Below are positions 11,621 through 23,659 of a DNA stretch of 64,000 nucleotides, in pieces; position 1 is the stretch's first letter; each line of letters starts with the position of its first letter. The position numbers and the translations under genes were made by a program. The notes beneath the pieces are model-generated. The model did no database searches. It was not told where the DNA came from and saw nothing but the letters and a program-made list of their open reading frames with translations. The DNA lies in the NCBI GenBank assembly GCA_051313645.2, contig JBNRSN020000024.1:59644001-59708000 (forward strand), read 5' to 3'. Origin of the DNA: Centroscyllium fabricii. Taxonomy: Eukaryota.

Positions 11621-13458
11621 ACTTGTTTTGGCTCGTGGCTTTCAATGTTGCACACGTGGATTTAAGGTCCCCCTAGTCAATGTAGTCGCCATTTTTAATT
11701 CATTGGTCAGCTGGAATGAATGCATTGTTGGGGGGTCAATCTTCTGCAAACTGATTATTGTTGCTAATATTTGTTAATTTATGACAGCAATCTGAGGTGC
11801 AGTTGTGCTTTGCGATAGTTGACTTGGCTCTGTGCCGAGAGTTGCTCGGCAGCCTTACCTCTTTGAATGCAAGTGCTTAAAACCAACATTGTGTTGTGCT
11901 GCAGTGTCATGTCACGTCTTGAACTTCTGGATGCAGTTTCATATTTTGTAAAAAAAAAAGGCCGTGGTCTTGAATTGTAATTCGCGTGAATATAATGGCT
12001 TTTTTTTTGGAAAAGGATAATTCTTAATAACATAATCAAACCACAGGCAAGGCGAAAGCCAGGAGATATTGGAAAATATCTCTGCTTTGTTTTCAGCGCC
12101 TATTCTATCAAACTGCATCTTCTTACCCGGTGCGTTCTGATTTTTTTAGTACACCAGACCCAGTCTTTTGCCCTAGGACCCGCACTTTCAAATTCAGTCA
12201 GAAAGCCCATCATCGCTCACTGATTTGGTACAGGAGGAGAGAGTAATTTTCAACTTAAATCCCTCAGAGCCTCCCATCCGTTCTAAATCACACATCACCA
12301 CTCCTTCCACGCAGTTCTGACACGCAGCAAGCCGAGGCAGTCGGGGTTTGCTTATGCATTAGCAATTTATTTGGTCTCCCTGACACGTCGCTAACATAAA
12401 ACCGTAAAATAGAAATAAAATATCTCTCCCCCAGCACCCGTTCCCAGCGAGAGAGAGAGAGAAACAAGAGCACTATCTCCCTCCTGATCTAGAGGAAATA
12501 AAATTAAAGCCATGGCTTCGATGGTGCCTTTTTCCCCACGCTGGGGCTGCGTTTGCACACACACAGACAATGAAGATGGATGAGCTGGGATTGGGATCAG
12601 ACTCTTGGTGTCTCCGTCCTCCTCTCCAATATACTCCCTCTCTCTCTCTCTCTTCGCCCACTCTCTGTGCAGCGCCCAGGCTGATTGCAATTTATCAGCC
12701 GCTCGCATCAGTTTGTAGCAAGTGTTCTTTTTTTTTCTCTTCGACATTACACTGATAGTATCGCCTGCTGCAACCGAATCACTCCGAGGAACTCAATATT
12801 GGGTGGTCAATTTGCCACTTTCCCCTCACGTTTTCCTAAAACATGTATTTTAAGCGTTTCAATGATATCTGTTGGCGGAGATGATTAATTGGAGCGTTTG
12901 CTCAACGTTGCAGAAGTAGCATAAGGTTCCTCGGGGTAAAATGAAGTTGATCGATGCCATGACCGATTTAAAAGTTTTTTTTTCCCCAACTGAAGTTTTG
13001 ACGCTGGATGTGGGGGGTCAATGAGGGAAACAACAACAACAACAAAAAAAAAGAAATGACATTTGTTGTGCCTGTAGATTATTGGTTTTGGAGCGAAAAT
13101 AGCAGCTGTCCCAATGACATGGCTGCAGGAAGATCTATAGACTTCATCGAATTTCTAACCCAGGCTGTCAGTGAGTTTTCTAGTCGGGCAAAATGTTGTG
13201 CTGCTTTTGGTCAATATCTCGACCCGACTGGCAGATGTTGTGAGTTCCACAGTTCGTGGCCCGAGAAGAGGCGAGTTGCTCCGCTGAATCCTGAAGCGCG
13301 GGGAAAGTTCATGTTCTCTGTCGCCCCAACTCCGAATGCACGCGAAACAGCGCAATTAGCATGTGGCACGAATGTCGAATAATGCTGTTTCTACAATGGT
13401 TCGTATTATATTTAGGCTAGGCGCAGTAATTAAAAAAGAATGTGCAATATAAGGAACA

Positions 13459-13677
13459 TTAGGTTGATTGGCCATGATAAATTGACCCTTAGTGTTAGGG
13501 GGAGTGAATGTGTGGGGTTACGGGGATAGGGTGGGGTATGTGTCCGTGCAGGCTCGATAGCGATATGGGGAGGGGGTGGGGTGCTGGGTTTAGATGATCA
13601 GCCATGATCTCATTGAATGGCGGGGCAGGCTCGAAGGGCCGAATGGCCTACTCCTGCTCCTATCTTCTTCTTCTATG
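13459..13677 (+). mobile_element. V-SINE, 5'-truncated, tail B
   Basis: TTAGGTTGATTGGCCATGATAAATTGACCCTTAG...GGCCGAATGGCCTACTCCTGCTCC. Confidence 0.82.
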
Positions 13678-13706
13678 AACAGCAATTTCTTGTTGATTTT
13701 TTTGGT

Positions 13707-14792
13707 GTCAGCTGTGGATAAAGGGCAGCACCCTCGTCTCTGAGTCAGAAGGTTCTGGGATCAAGGCCCCACTCCAGGGACTCGAGCACATAAAAATCCA
13801 GGCTGACACTCCAGTGCAGTGCAGTGCCGAGGGAGTGCTGCACTGTCGGAGGTGCCGTCTTTGGGATGAGATTTTACACCGAGGCCCGCCTGCTCTCTCA
13901 AGTGAAAGTAAATTGACCCTTAGTGTTAGGGGGTTGAATATGTGGGGTTACGGGGATAGGGTTGGATATGTGTCGATAGGGATCGAGGGATATGAGGACA
14001 AGGCAGGGGCGGGGTACTGGGTTTGGATGATCAGCCATGATCTCATTGAATGGCGGAGCAGGCTCGAAGGGCCGAATGGCCTACTCCTGCTCCTATCTTC
14101 TATGTTTCTAAAAGATCCCATGACACTTTTCGAAGAGCAGGGGAGTTCTCCCTGGTGTCCTGGCCGATATTTATCCCTCAATCAACATCACTAAAACAGA
14201 TTGTCTGGCCATTATCACATTGCTGTTTGTGGGAGCTTGCTGTGCGCAAATTGACTGCTGCGTTTCCTACATTATAACAGTGAGTGGTGGAGACAGAGCT
14301 GCATTTCCTCACAACTTGTGAAAACTACCAGGACATAAGGAGGAATTTCTACCCAAAATTCATAAAAACATGCCCTCAATTCAAAAATTTGAATGACCAC
14401 CAAAAACTCCCATATCTATTGGGGGAACAGAGGAACTGTGTGAAATTAACGGCCAACTACGTCACAGCTTGCCATAAGCAGAGGGACAACCAGTGACCAT
14501 TGAATCTAAGAAAAGATTATATGTTTATTATAAAATATTATATATACCCATATATGTATACATGGGTATATTTCTCTATACACTGTATGTCTAGATCTGC
14601 GTTTGTGTGTTCAATTGTATATATGTCCTTTTTCTGTGCTTTGACAACATAAGATGTATCTTGTCATGCCAATAAAGCAATTTGAATTGAATTGAATTGA
14701 ATTGACTACATTTCAAAAAGTACCCCACTGGCTGTAAAGCGCTTTGGGACGTCCGGTGGTCGTGAACGGCGCTATAGAAATGCAAGTCTTTA
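13707..14792 (+). mobile_element. Deu-SINE (SacSINE1-like) interrupted by a V-SINE (13909-14110) and a LINE 3' end (14284-14705)
   Basis: The Deu-SINE sequence resumes after each insert (TAAAAGATCCCATG after the first, ACAGTGA|CTACA across the second) and ends GCGCTATAGAAATGCAAGTCTTT. Confidence 0.82.
14284..14705 (+). mobile_element. RTE-X (RSg-1-like) LINE 3' end
   Basis: C-terminal peptide VETELHFLTTC...KLPYLLGE...ACHKQR, then a 3'UTR ending CATGCCAATAAAGC and a (TTGAA)n tail. Resembles the recalled salmonid RSg-1. Confidence 0.65.
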
Positions 14793-15999
14793 TTTTCTAA
14801 TGCTATAGATTACAAACAAAACACTGACACAATAGTTCTGCTAACAAAATCTGACTGTATACATATATAAACGTAAAATATCCTCAGATAACTCAAGGTT
14901 CCTTCCAAAAGTTTGAAAACCATTGGATATTTAGAACATTGTTGCAGGATGTGCTTATCATGTTATCCTCCCATTACTCACCATTTGACTTGGCCTCGTT
15001 AAACTTTATTTCTGCCACCCCCCCCCCCCCCCCCCACTGAGAAAAATAATGTTTCATGTCAACCAAAAGTTTGACTGATTTGCATCCCTGGTACGTGTTT
15101 TCTGTCTCTGCTTCTGGCACCACATTCTGTAAGTCCCGAGAGTAACTGTATCATTTCAGTGTTGATATACTGGAGTAAACAAGAGCAAAATCTTTCGAAC
15201 TAGGCTGTGACGCCCCGCTGCAGTTTTGGGATCGCTATCTCGGGCTTCTCTTCTTTGAGAAGAGCGGCTTGATTTAACTCGCTCATTTTCTATATATACC
15301 TGCAAGGATTATAATTCTATTTAAATCTATAATTTGATCGACTCTTGCAAACTGTAATTGCAATTTCACGTGCAAGCTCATTAATAATGCACTGTTTTGT
15401 TCTATATACCGTTAGGATTGCTATAATGACAGAGGGACGCGTTATTATCAGGATTAGTCTGCAGGATCCCACATTGCAAGTTCTAGTAATATGTATTATT
15501 GACGTATAATTGGGAGTGCCAACTAATGGGTTACTGCTGCTATTAAGAAAATAAAAATGCGTTTCAAAAATGTCGGCAGGTCCATAAGTGTCTGAAAAGC
15601 AGTAATATGTATGTGGCAGAATTTTGCTTCAACGCCGGCTTACTTCCTGTTTGGAACTTAGTCTAAAGCCAAATCAGACCTGCTCCGATATATAGTTATG
15701 CAGTATTTTCAATCTCACTTATATTTTTCAGGTTGCTATTGCAATTACACACATGTCTGTTAAGCCAAGTGATAGTGTTCCTAGGATCCACATCCATAAC
15801 TACTTACAGGTCCCGCCTGTGTATAAATCATACTTCCAGACGCACGCTCTTATCCAATAGGTTAACAGAGTTCCTCCTGCGTGTCCCAAGTTTTCGGTAC
15901 TCCGTTTATATAATGCGTTAATGGTGCGCGTTTGTGTACCTCGGCACATTGTCTTCCTGACTTACTAGACCTATTCGTGCTCATTGGAATCAAGGTACG

Positions 16000-16491
16000 T
16001 AGAGTCATAGAGTTATACAGCACGGAAAGAGGCCCTTCGGCCCATCGTGTCCGTGCCGGCCATCAAGCCCAGTCTATTCTAATCCCATTTTCCTGCGTTA
16101 GGTCCGCAGTCTTGTATGCTATGGCATTTCAAGTGCTCATCTAAATGCTTCTTGAATGTTAGAAGTCACACAACACCAGGTTATAGTCCAACAGTTTTAT
16201 TTGAAATCCTGGTGTTGTCTGACTTCTTGCATTTGTCCACCCCAGTCCAACACCGGCACCTCCACTTCTTGAATGTTGTGAGGGTTCCCGCCTCTACCAC
16301 CCTTTCAGGCAGTGAGTTCCAGATTCCAACCACCCTCTGGGTGAAAAAGTTCCTCCTCAAATCCCCTCTAAACCTCCCGCCCCTTACCTTGAAACTATGC
16401 CCCCTGGTTATTGACCCCTCTACTAAGGGGAAAAGTTCCTTTCTATCTACCCTATCTATGCCCCTCATAATTTTGTACACCTCAATCAGGT
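16000..16491 (-). mobile_element. CR1 LINE 3' fragment with PLE insertion at 16161-16265
   Basis: ORF2 C-terminus YKIMRGIDRVDRKELFP...RRNFFTQRVVGIWNSLP and tail (ACTCTATG)n. Confidence 0.88.
16161..16265. mobile_element. Penelope-like element family B short fold-back insertion
   Basis: Inverted pieces of ...GACTTCTTGCATTTGTCCACCCCAGTCCAACACCGGCACCTCCAC. TSD TTCTTGAATGTT at 16149-16160 and 16266-16277. Confidence 0.8.
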
Positions 16492-18232
16492 ACAGAAAGA
16501 AAGCAGAGTCGAAAAAAGCAAAATAGAGCCGTTAGAACATGTTAGCCAAAGGCTGGGAGTAAAAGCATGCGTGGGTACTATTTCACGCCGTTTAGAAGTA
16601 TCTAGCTCAGGGTCTGTGTGATTTGCATCAATCGCGCTAATTCTAACCATGGTGTTGACTGCTGGAGTAACTCTTGTAGTCATTTACTCAAATGTATTGA
16701 TCGAAGTATAATCGCAAGCAAATTCCAACAATAAAGTTGCCATATATATTTCAAACGTGTTCCTTAAACCGTGCAGTTAAACTACTTAATCCACTGATCC
16801 AGTGAATGTAAACTTTCCTAAGTTGTACTCATGTCAGGAGAAACCTGCTTGCCTTGTACAGGATGGATGTTAATGTGTTATTGGAGGTGAATGTTATTAT
16901 GTGCCCTGAAGGTTTGGATTGACAGTCTAGAGAGAGAGAAAAGGTCCTGAGAACATTCTGCGTCTTGTCGGTATTTTCTGCCTGGCCTGCCGAAGTTCAC
17001 AGCAGCGCAAAATGGATCAGCCTCGTGGTCCAGCAGATGCGGAGCTGTTGCTATTCTACTCAAGTCACGGGAAGATCTTTCACAGTTGTTTGCAATCCGG
17101 TTGCACTTGGCCGACCGCAGCCCCGTAGCTAGCGCTATATATTTCTCAGTTTATCACAAGTGTCACCCACATCTTCCTCCAGAGAGGTCAAGGGGAGTCT
17201 GGGGTGTCTACGGATCTTGACAAGCGAAGCAACCAGTCTGATCGCGACGGATAAAGTCACGTGTGCTGTGGGGTGGGGGGGGAGGAGAAGGAGTCGATGG
17301 TTAAAAAACATGACAAAAAACGATCTGCCTGTAAACCTGAACTTGACAAACACCCCTTCTACTTCATTTCAACCCTCCTGGCGTATTTAAAGTTGCAGGC
17401 TCCGGCCCTCGGGGTGGCCGATATTCAAATCCCAGTCTGGGTTTCTGTAATTATGCCCTCTAATCATTTATTGAAGCAACTTTACGTTCATTCCAATAAT
17501 CTATTTATTGATGGCCCAAGCCCAAACGAAACCAAGTAAAGCAAAAAGACTCTTGTTGATTTTAAATGTATGTGGTATTGTCAAGTTAATGGGGAAAACA
17601 TGTCTCTGGAAAGCAGATAGTAAGATGAACTTTTGAAATGGAGTACAATTGCCGATTCACCTCCTTCAAAGCCCTGAAGTGGTAACTGCTAATAATAGAA
17701 GGACAGAGATTGTTTTATTTTTATTGAATGTTGATCATAGTTATTGTTTTTAAACAGAGTGCAATCTTCCATTGTACTGTCCCTTTTATGGTAATTAGGT
17801 GCAAATATCGTCATAGAACATCAAATTAGGATTATAACTCACCCTAACCTTTCATTGCATGTGTTCTACACAGATTATTGATGAGGGGATAATTAACAGA
17901 TTGAAACTTTGGAAATCAAGATTTACGTACATGGCCCTCCTAGTCGCCATTTAATTACAACCTTCCTTACTGAGAGATGTATCACAACTTTTAAAATCGA
18001 CTCGTCTATGAAGAGAAATTCAATGTATGTCTAGCATTACAAGGGCAACGTGTTACTTAGAAAATAACATAACTTTAATAAACGTGATAAAATATATTAA
18101 CGATTTCCCGATACTCTTTCATCTGATAACTAGCAGTCGTATAATTGTTCCGTATACAACAGTTTTCAGTATGTTGTAGTCATTAGCTAGCTATACTAAC
18201 TGTAGGTTCACAAAGATACCTTCAAGCACATA

Positions 18233-18652
18233 ATGCAAGAAGTCACACAACACCAGGGCGGCACGGTGGCACAGTGGTTAGCACTGTTGCCTCACAGCTC
18301 TGGAGACCCGGGTTCAAATCCAGCCTCGGGTACTATCTGTGTGGAGTTTGCACATTCTCCCCGTGTCTGCGTGGGTTTCCTCCGGGTGCTCCGGTTTCCT
18401 CCCACAGTCCAAAGATGTGCGGGTTAGGTTGATTGGCCAGGATAAATTGACGCTTAGTGTTAGGGGGATTGAATGTGTGGGGTTACGGGGATAGGGTGGG
18501 ATATGTGTCGGTGCACAAGGCAGGGGCGGGGTGTTGGGTTTGGATGATCAGCCATGATCTCATTGAATGGCGGTGCAGGCTCGAAGGGCCGAATGGCCTA
18601 CTCCTGCTCCTATCTTCTATGTTTCTATGTTATAGTCCAACAGTTTTATTTT
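18233..18652 (+). mobile_element. V-SINE (18256-18629, tail B) nested in a PLE family B fragment
   Basis: The PLE sequence ATGCAAGAAGTCACACAACACCAGG|TTATAGTCCAACAGTTTTATTT is split by a full-length SINE. Confidence 0.82.
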
Positions 18653-21600
18653 AAACAATCATGGCTACTATCGACATTCAAGCACATAAAAGTGACCACA
18701 AATATTGTGTGTGTGTGTGTATAGATATAGATATATTGTATGCATAATTGGATGCACTATGCATTGTACGGGTATTAGTAATATGTTAGACACAAACATA
18801 GAATATAACAAAAATGTGTTAGAGAGCTGGAGAGTGATAGCATATATTTTGTGTGGACAAGGACGAAAAACTCGTGTCTGTTGTGCTGTGCAAAGGAAAA
18901 GGCTGAGTTTGTGACTTGTGTTTGGACCCGTTAACATTCATACACACTGACTGGGTGCTCACTTTCAATCGATATCTCCCTCCATTCCGCGTTGACGGCC
19001 ACTGGCTGTGACTCTGGCTGCTTGCTGTCTTGTGATGAAGCGAAGGAGATTCCGGACCTGTTAATACCGCCAGCCTCTGAGCCTTCTGCTGATAATCTTC
19101 CCCCTCCGAGCCATGGTCATTCCTCAGATGAAGTGATGTAAAAATCGCGCCCGAACTTTGATTCTCGGCCTATGGATTTTTGTGAACGGAAAGGGTTAAG
19201 ACAGAATTCACGCGGCCGTGGTTGTAAGTTTAAGTGTCAAAAGAATGATTATTTGTATCAACATGCAAACGCTTCATCTCTGGGCAGTGGATTGCTATGA
19301 TGTTTCCTATTTCTCATCTCAACTGGTTAATTTCAAATAAATAATGAAATGTGCCAGTACATGAACATCTTTTGCAGTAAATTAGGGCAGACTATTTTGT
19401 CGACATACATATTCTATTTTGCAAGCTGTTTGAATTCAAATCCACCCAACGTGTCCAATGCTCATTTTACACAATCTACTTTGCGAACTGAAAGTGGATA
19501 CTTAACATCGGAAAGTTCGTTTACAATGCCGGGTCAAACAGTGCACACTATTTGCAGTACTGTCATGCTCAGTTGATTACATTTCACTTCAGTAATTCGA
19601 AGGCAGGGTGAAAGGATGTTGCCTGTGATCGCCGCTCCTGTCGACACTGATTGAGTGTACTTTATGTAGAACTGGCAAACGGGGGGTGGATACATTCATT
19701 CCCCTCCCCCAAATAATATTTGCAATCGCCTTTTCCACGCGTTCGTAAATATCTTTGCGCCGAAGTGTTGCACAAATTTCAGCGTTACACCCAATCACGT
19801 GATTCGAACGTACTTTCCAATTGAAGAATTAAACCCCGCGTATCCGATGGAACTGTCTGCAAAAGGAGCAATTTCTCTCTCTCTGGCACTTTTACTTTCC
19901 ATCAGCTGTTTTTTGCCTGATCGGTAAACCTGCGGCGAGGCCTCGGTGCAACTGCCCTGCTTGTTAATTTCAAGTCAATTTCACTTATGCAGGCGGACCC
20001 AGGATGTTGAACTTCAATTGTGATTAGTTGCCCAACACTATTAAATGCACAAACCAGGCGATTTTAGGTTAACTCCTTGTACACAGCGCGCGAGTGTGTG
20101 CCTACAGGATGCTATGTGGCCTGTTTGAGGTGTCCCGGTGAATGACTTTTTGTCATCAGACTGCAAACTCTTTGCTGTCTGAGAGACGCCTGTGTTGCAA
20201 TAACATAACCAGATGCTTTGCAGCTGAATAAAATATTGGAGTAGAGATAGACATGATGGCCGCAGAGATGTTGCTCATCCCTTATCTCTATTCATTCCTG
20301 ACCAACACATGTCATCTGGGAGAGAGTCAATGGGAAAGGGTCCCTAGATAGAAGACTGCAGCTGTCACTGTGAAGTCTGGAGGGCCCCGTCTCCACCAGC
20401 CACGCTTCTCCCTTTTTGCATGAGAAGAACCCCATATGCAGAGAGGGCCTATTGATTATTTTCTTTGCGTCTTCACAACGGTTGTGCGAAGGACATAAAC
20501 AGGGAAGAGGTCTGTTTGAGGGAATTGTGTGCTGTATGCGGAGGGGCAGCGGACGTGGGATTGCAAAAACAAACTGTGTAACAAAGAGGGCAAAATAAAA
20601 AAGTTGGCGCTTACGAAACGTTGCACCTTTATTGCGAACAGGACGAGTTTCTTCTGGTAACTGTGGACATTTTCACCGGGATGGTCGCCTGCCTGCAGGG
20701 AGCAGGCCTATTTTGCTTTCCACTTTTTTCTGCCGTGAACCATTAATTTCTCAGAAACAATACAACTACTGCTATCTATTTAGTTTGCCGATTAAAAAAA
20801 AATATTCACATTAAGACGATTTGGAGTGTTAGATATATGTCACGGTAATAGTAACAAAACCATAATTGTACGAAAAATTGCTCTGTTCGCTATTTGCAGC
20901 GAAAATCATAAAGATGCTGTTGTTGAATTACTTGACGGTGTCGGGGCACACAGCGACAGAGCAATTGTTTCCCCCCAATGTCAAGGGGCTGATATTTTGT
21001 CCAAAGGGCTCAAATAAGACAGGTTCAACATGCGGAATCTAGAAAGTTGTGTGAGATCGGATGGTAACGCATCGGACGCCGCTGACAGACCACAACCCCG
21101 GCAGAAACTAGTAAATATAAAGAATACGCGCGAAGATTTGTTCGGCGCCTGTTAAAAAGCATGGCGATGTTAAAAGTTCAAACGCTGTCCAGCAATCGAG
21201 TTGATTCGCTAATTGAAGTGTTAAGACACTGCAGCAGACGAGTTCACAGTGTTTTATAATAATAGCCAAATAAATGCACACAAACAGATTGTGTTTCCAA
21301 GCACTCTGCATCCTGGATTAGCTCCAGTTCAGGCTGTCAGCACCCACTCCAATAAAACTGGCAGTGGTGAAAGTGCTGTTTTCGGTGCAGTGTTAACAGT
21401 CTTAGGATCCTCTCTGTAAAGACCTACAGCCTGCCTATATACCCGGACAGACATAAAAATGCATGGATATCCCCCCCCCCCCCCACCCCACTTTACACCT
21501 ACTCTAGTTGCCGCAACACAAGATTTATCTCAAGCGGACTATAGTGCTGCAGACATTTTTTGTTTTGTTTTGAAAAGTATGGGAAATGTCTGAACTGAAT

Positions 21601-22589
21601 GCAAATGTTCAACTTTCACGGCGCCCACGCTTTGGCAGCTGAGATCTGTCAACTGCTGGAGATGCTGACTGCAGGGTGAGCCTTTCTTGTCTTGTTTTCA
21701 TCCGCGTTGACGCGAGACGCAATACACACACACACACACAGAGCAAAAAAAATCAAAACTTTCATTGCAACAGTAAGTATGCAAATATATTTAGCCACTA
21801 TTGGGTGTCGAATTTAAAGATTAATCGGCAAAGACGTCCATTAAACATCGCAAGTAAGCATTTCCCCCTTGGGTAGGGCATTCATCAACAAGTGCAGAGG
21901 TGATAAAATGACTTCTTAGGTCTTTTCCTATCGTCTCTCACGTTTTCAGCGGATACCACTTCAAAGGTTAAAACGCATTTGCAGGCAGGGGGAAAAAACG
22001 CTCATGCATATGCAAGTTATTTTATTGACTCACCCCACCGTTGAGATTGCATCAAACGTCATATACTCCTCCTTTTCAATTTTCACCTGATGATGGGCAT
22101 GTACACAGCACCTCCCCACACCCCCAAATGATATGTTTGTTATTTCACGTCTGATTAAGGCATCACCTTGGTATCTTTAGCAAATTATTACGGCTAACAG
22201 ACGGAGCAATCATGGTGCAACAATTTGGACTTCTTGCAGAATGACCGAAACAGGAGCAACAACAAAAACTTGTGGAAAGAAGCAAGCTACTTGTCTGACA
22301 CACACACACACACACAGACACTCACACACAAACCTGGTCAACAGCAACAACAACAAAACTCCGAAAAGTGCAATAAAAGAGGGTGAAGGCCTGAACATGT
22401 TCCTGGTCTTTGTTTTGAGCCAATCGCTTTTTCTCCCCCCGCCCCCCACCACCACTCACCAAAATGCGCTGAACAAAAGTGCAAAATTGCAAAATGACTA
22501 TTGCAACTGGAACAAAAAAAAATGCAAAAAAAAATAGGAAATGGTAGAAGAAATATTGAGAATTGCAACTGTACCTAACCCTCAGAAAA

Positions 22590-22880
22590 GCGGCCGCGGG
22601 CCTCCCGTTTTATTCTCTGGGCGAGATGTTGCGAGTCGTTCGCAGGCAGGGGGAAGAGCAAAAAAAAAGGCAACACGCTTTTACAAAAAAAAAAGCGGTC
22701 ATAAATTAGCGGTTGCCATGGCGGCGGGGCGGCTGATTGGACGGGGGCGCCGGTGACGCGGCGGGGCGCGTGACGGCGATGTGAATAAGGTGCGCGCGCG
22801 AGCTCCAGGAAACATGCAGTGGAGTGAGCGCGTGCGGCGGGCCAAGCAGCAGCGGCCGGTGATTGGCATGTTTATCCACA
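22590..22880 (+). promoter_or_regulatory. LHX1: LHX1 CpG-island promoter candidate
   Basis: CpG-rich. Contains an X-box-like GTTGCCATGGCGGC (22712-22725), GC boxes, and inverted CCAAT boxes CTGATTGG (22733-22740) and TGATTGG (22860-22866), about 600 bp upstream of the ATG. Confidence 0.7.
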
Positions 22881-23489
22881 CAACTACCATAGCTGTACAG
22901 TAAACACGACTGGGGATATTGCTCTTCCAGATCAGGAAAGTTGAACCATGCAATCAAAATCAATGCTTGCCACAGGCCTGTCACCCATATTTCATTTCTG
23001 GAATATTTAATATATATATATATATATGCGTTATTATTCTTATTTTGCTAATGCAAGCAAACTAAAGTATTTATTATAAAAAAGCCAACCAAAATACTTT
23101 ATGAGACACGGGACAAAGTTAAACGTTGGTATCTCTTTTGCATCATGTTGGAGTAAACAATTTGCTCCAATACTCCAGAGTGACAGCCCTGTTGCTTGTT
23201 GGTTAGTATAGCCTCTCTCTTTTTTTAAATTATTTTATTTTAGAGTTATTCCTTTAAGAGGGCGATTGTTGCTGTAGGAGTACACCTGCATCGGGTTTCC
23301 TTTTCACTCATATATCAGCTACCTCAAAAAAGAAAGAACGCTGGCCACTTCATCCGCTGGAACCGTCGCCCTTTCCACAAGGAGCCATTCTAAGGATCAG
23401 CCCTGCCTGGACGATCGAGGACCTCATTATTACCAGCCAAATATCTAACCGTCAGCTATCTCATTAATCTGGGGAACAATCCAAAGACT

Positions 23490-23659
23490 ATGGTGCACTG
23501 TGCGGGGTGCGAGAGGCCTATTCTCGATAGGTTTCTATTAAACGTCTTGGACCGAGCCTGGCATGTGAAATGTGTACAATGCTGCGAATGTAAATGCAAT
23601 TTAACAGAAAAGTGTTTTTCACGAGAAGGAAAGCTCTACTGCAAAAACGACTTCTTTCG
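23490..23659 (+). CDS. LHX1: LIM homeobox protein 1, coding exon 1 (LIM1 domain)
   Basis: [57 protein letters not shown]; donor GTAAGT at 23660; 170 nt. Confidence 0.96.

Noticed and set aside
11125-11676. Repetitive ORFs and a CRISPR-like look in the 26-bp array
   Set aside because: The units are head-to-tail with no unique spacers, there are no cas genes and the context is vertebrate. The ORFs are by-products of the repeat.
18256-18330. tRNA genes at SINE heads (also near 4020-4085, 52140-52209, 54180-54250 and 61095-61160)
   Set aside because: A and B boxes are present but run directly into the V-SINE body, so these are tRNA-derived heads rather than tRNA genes.
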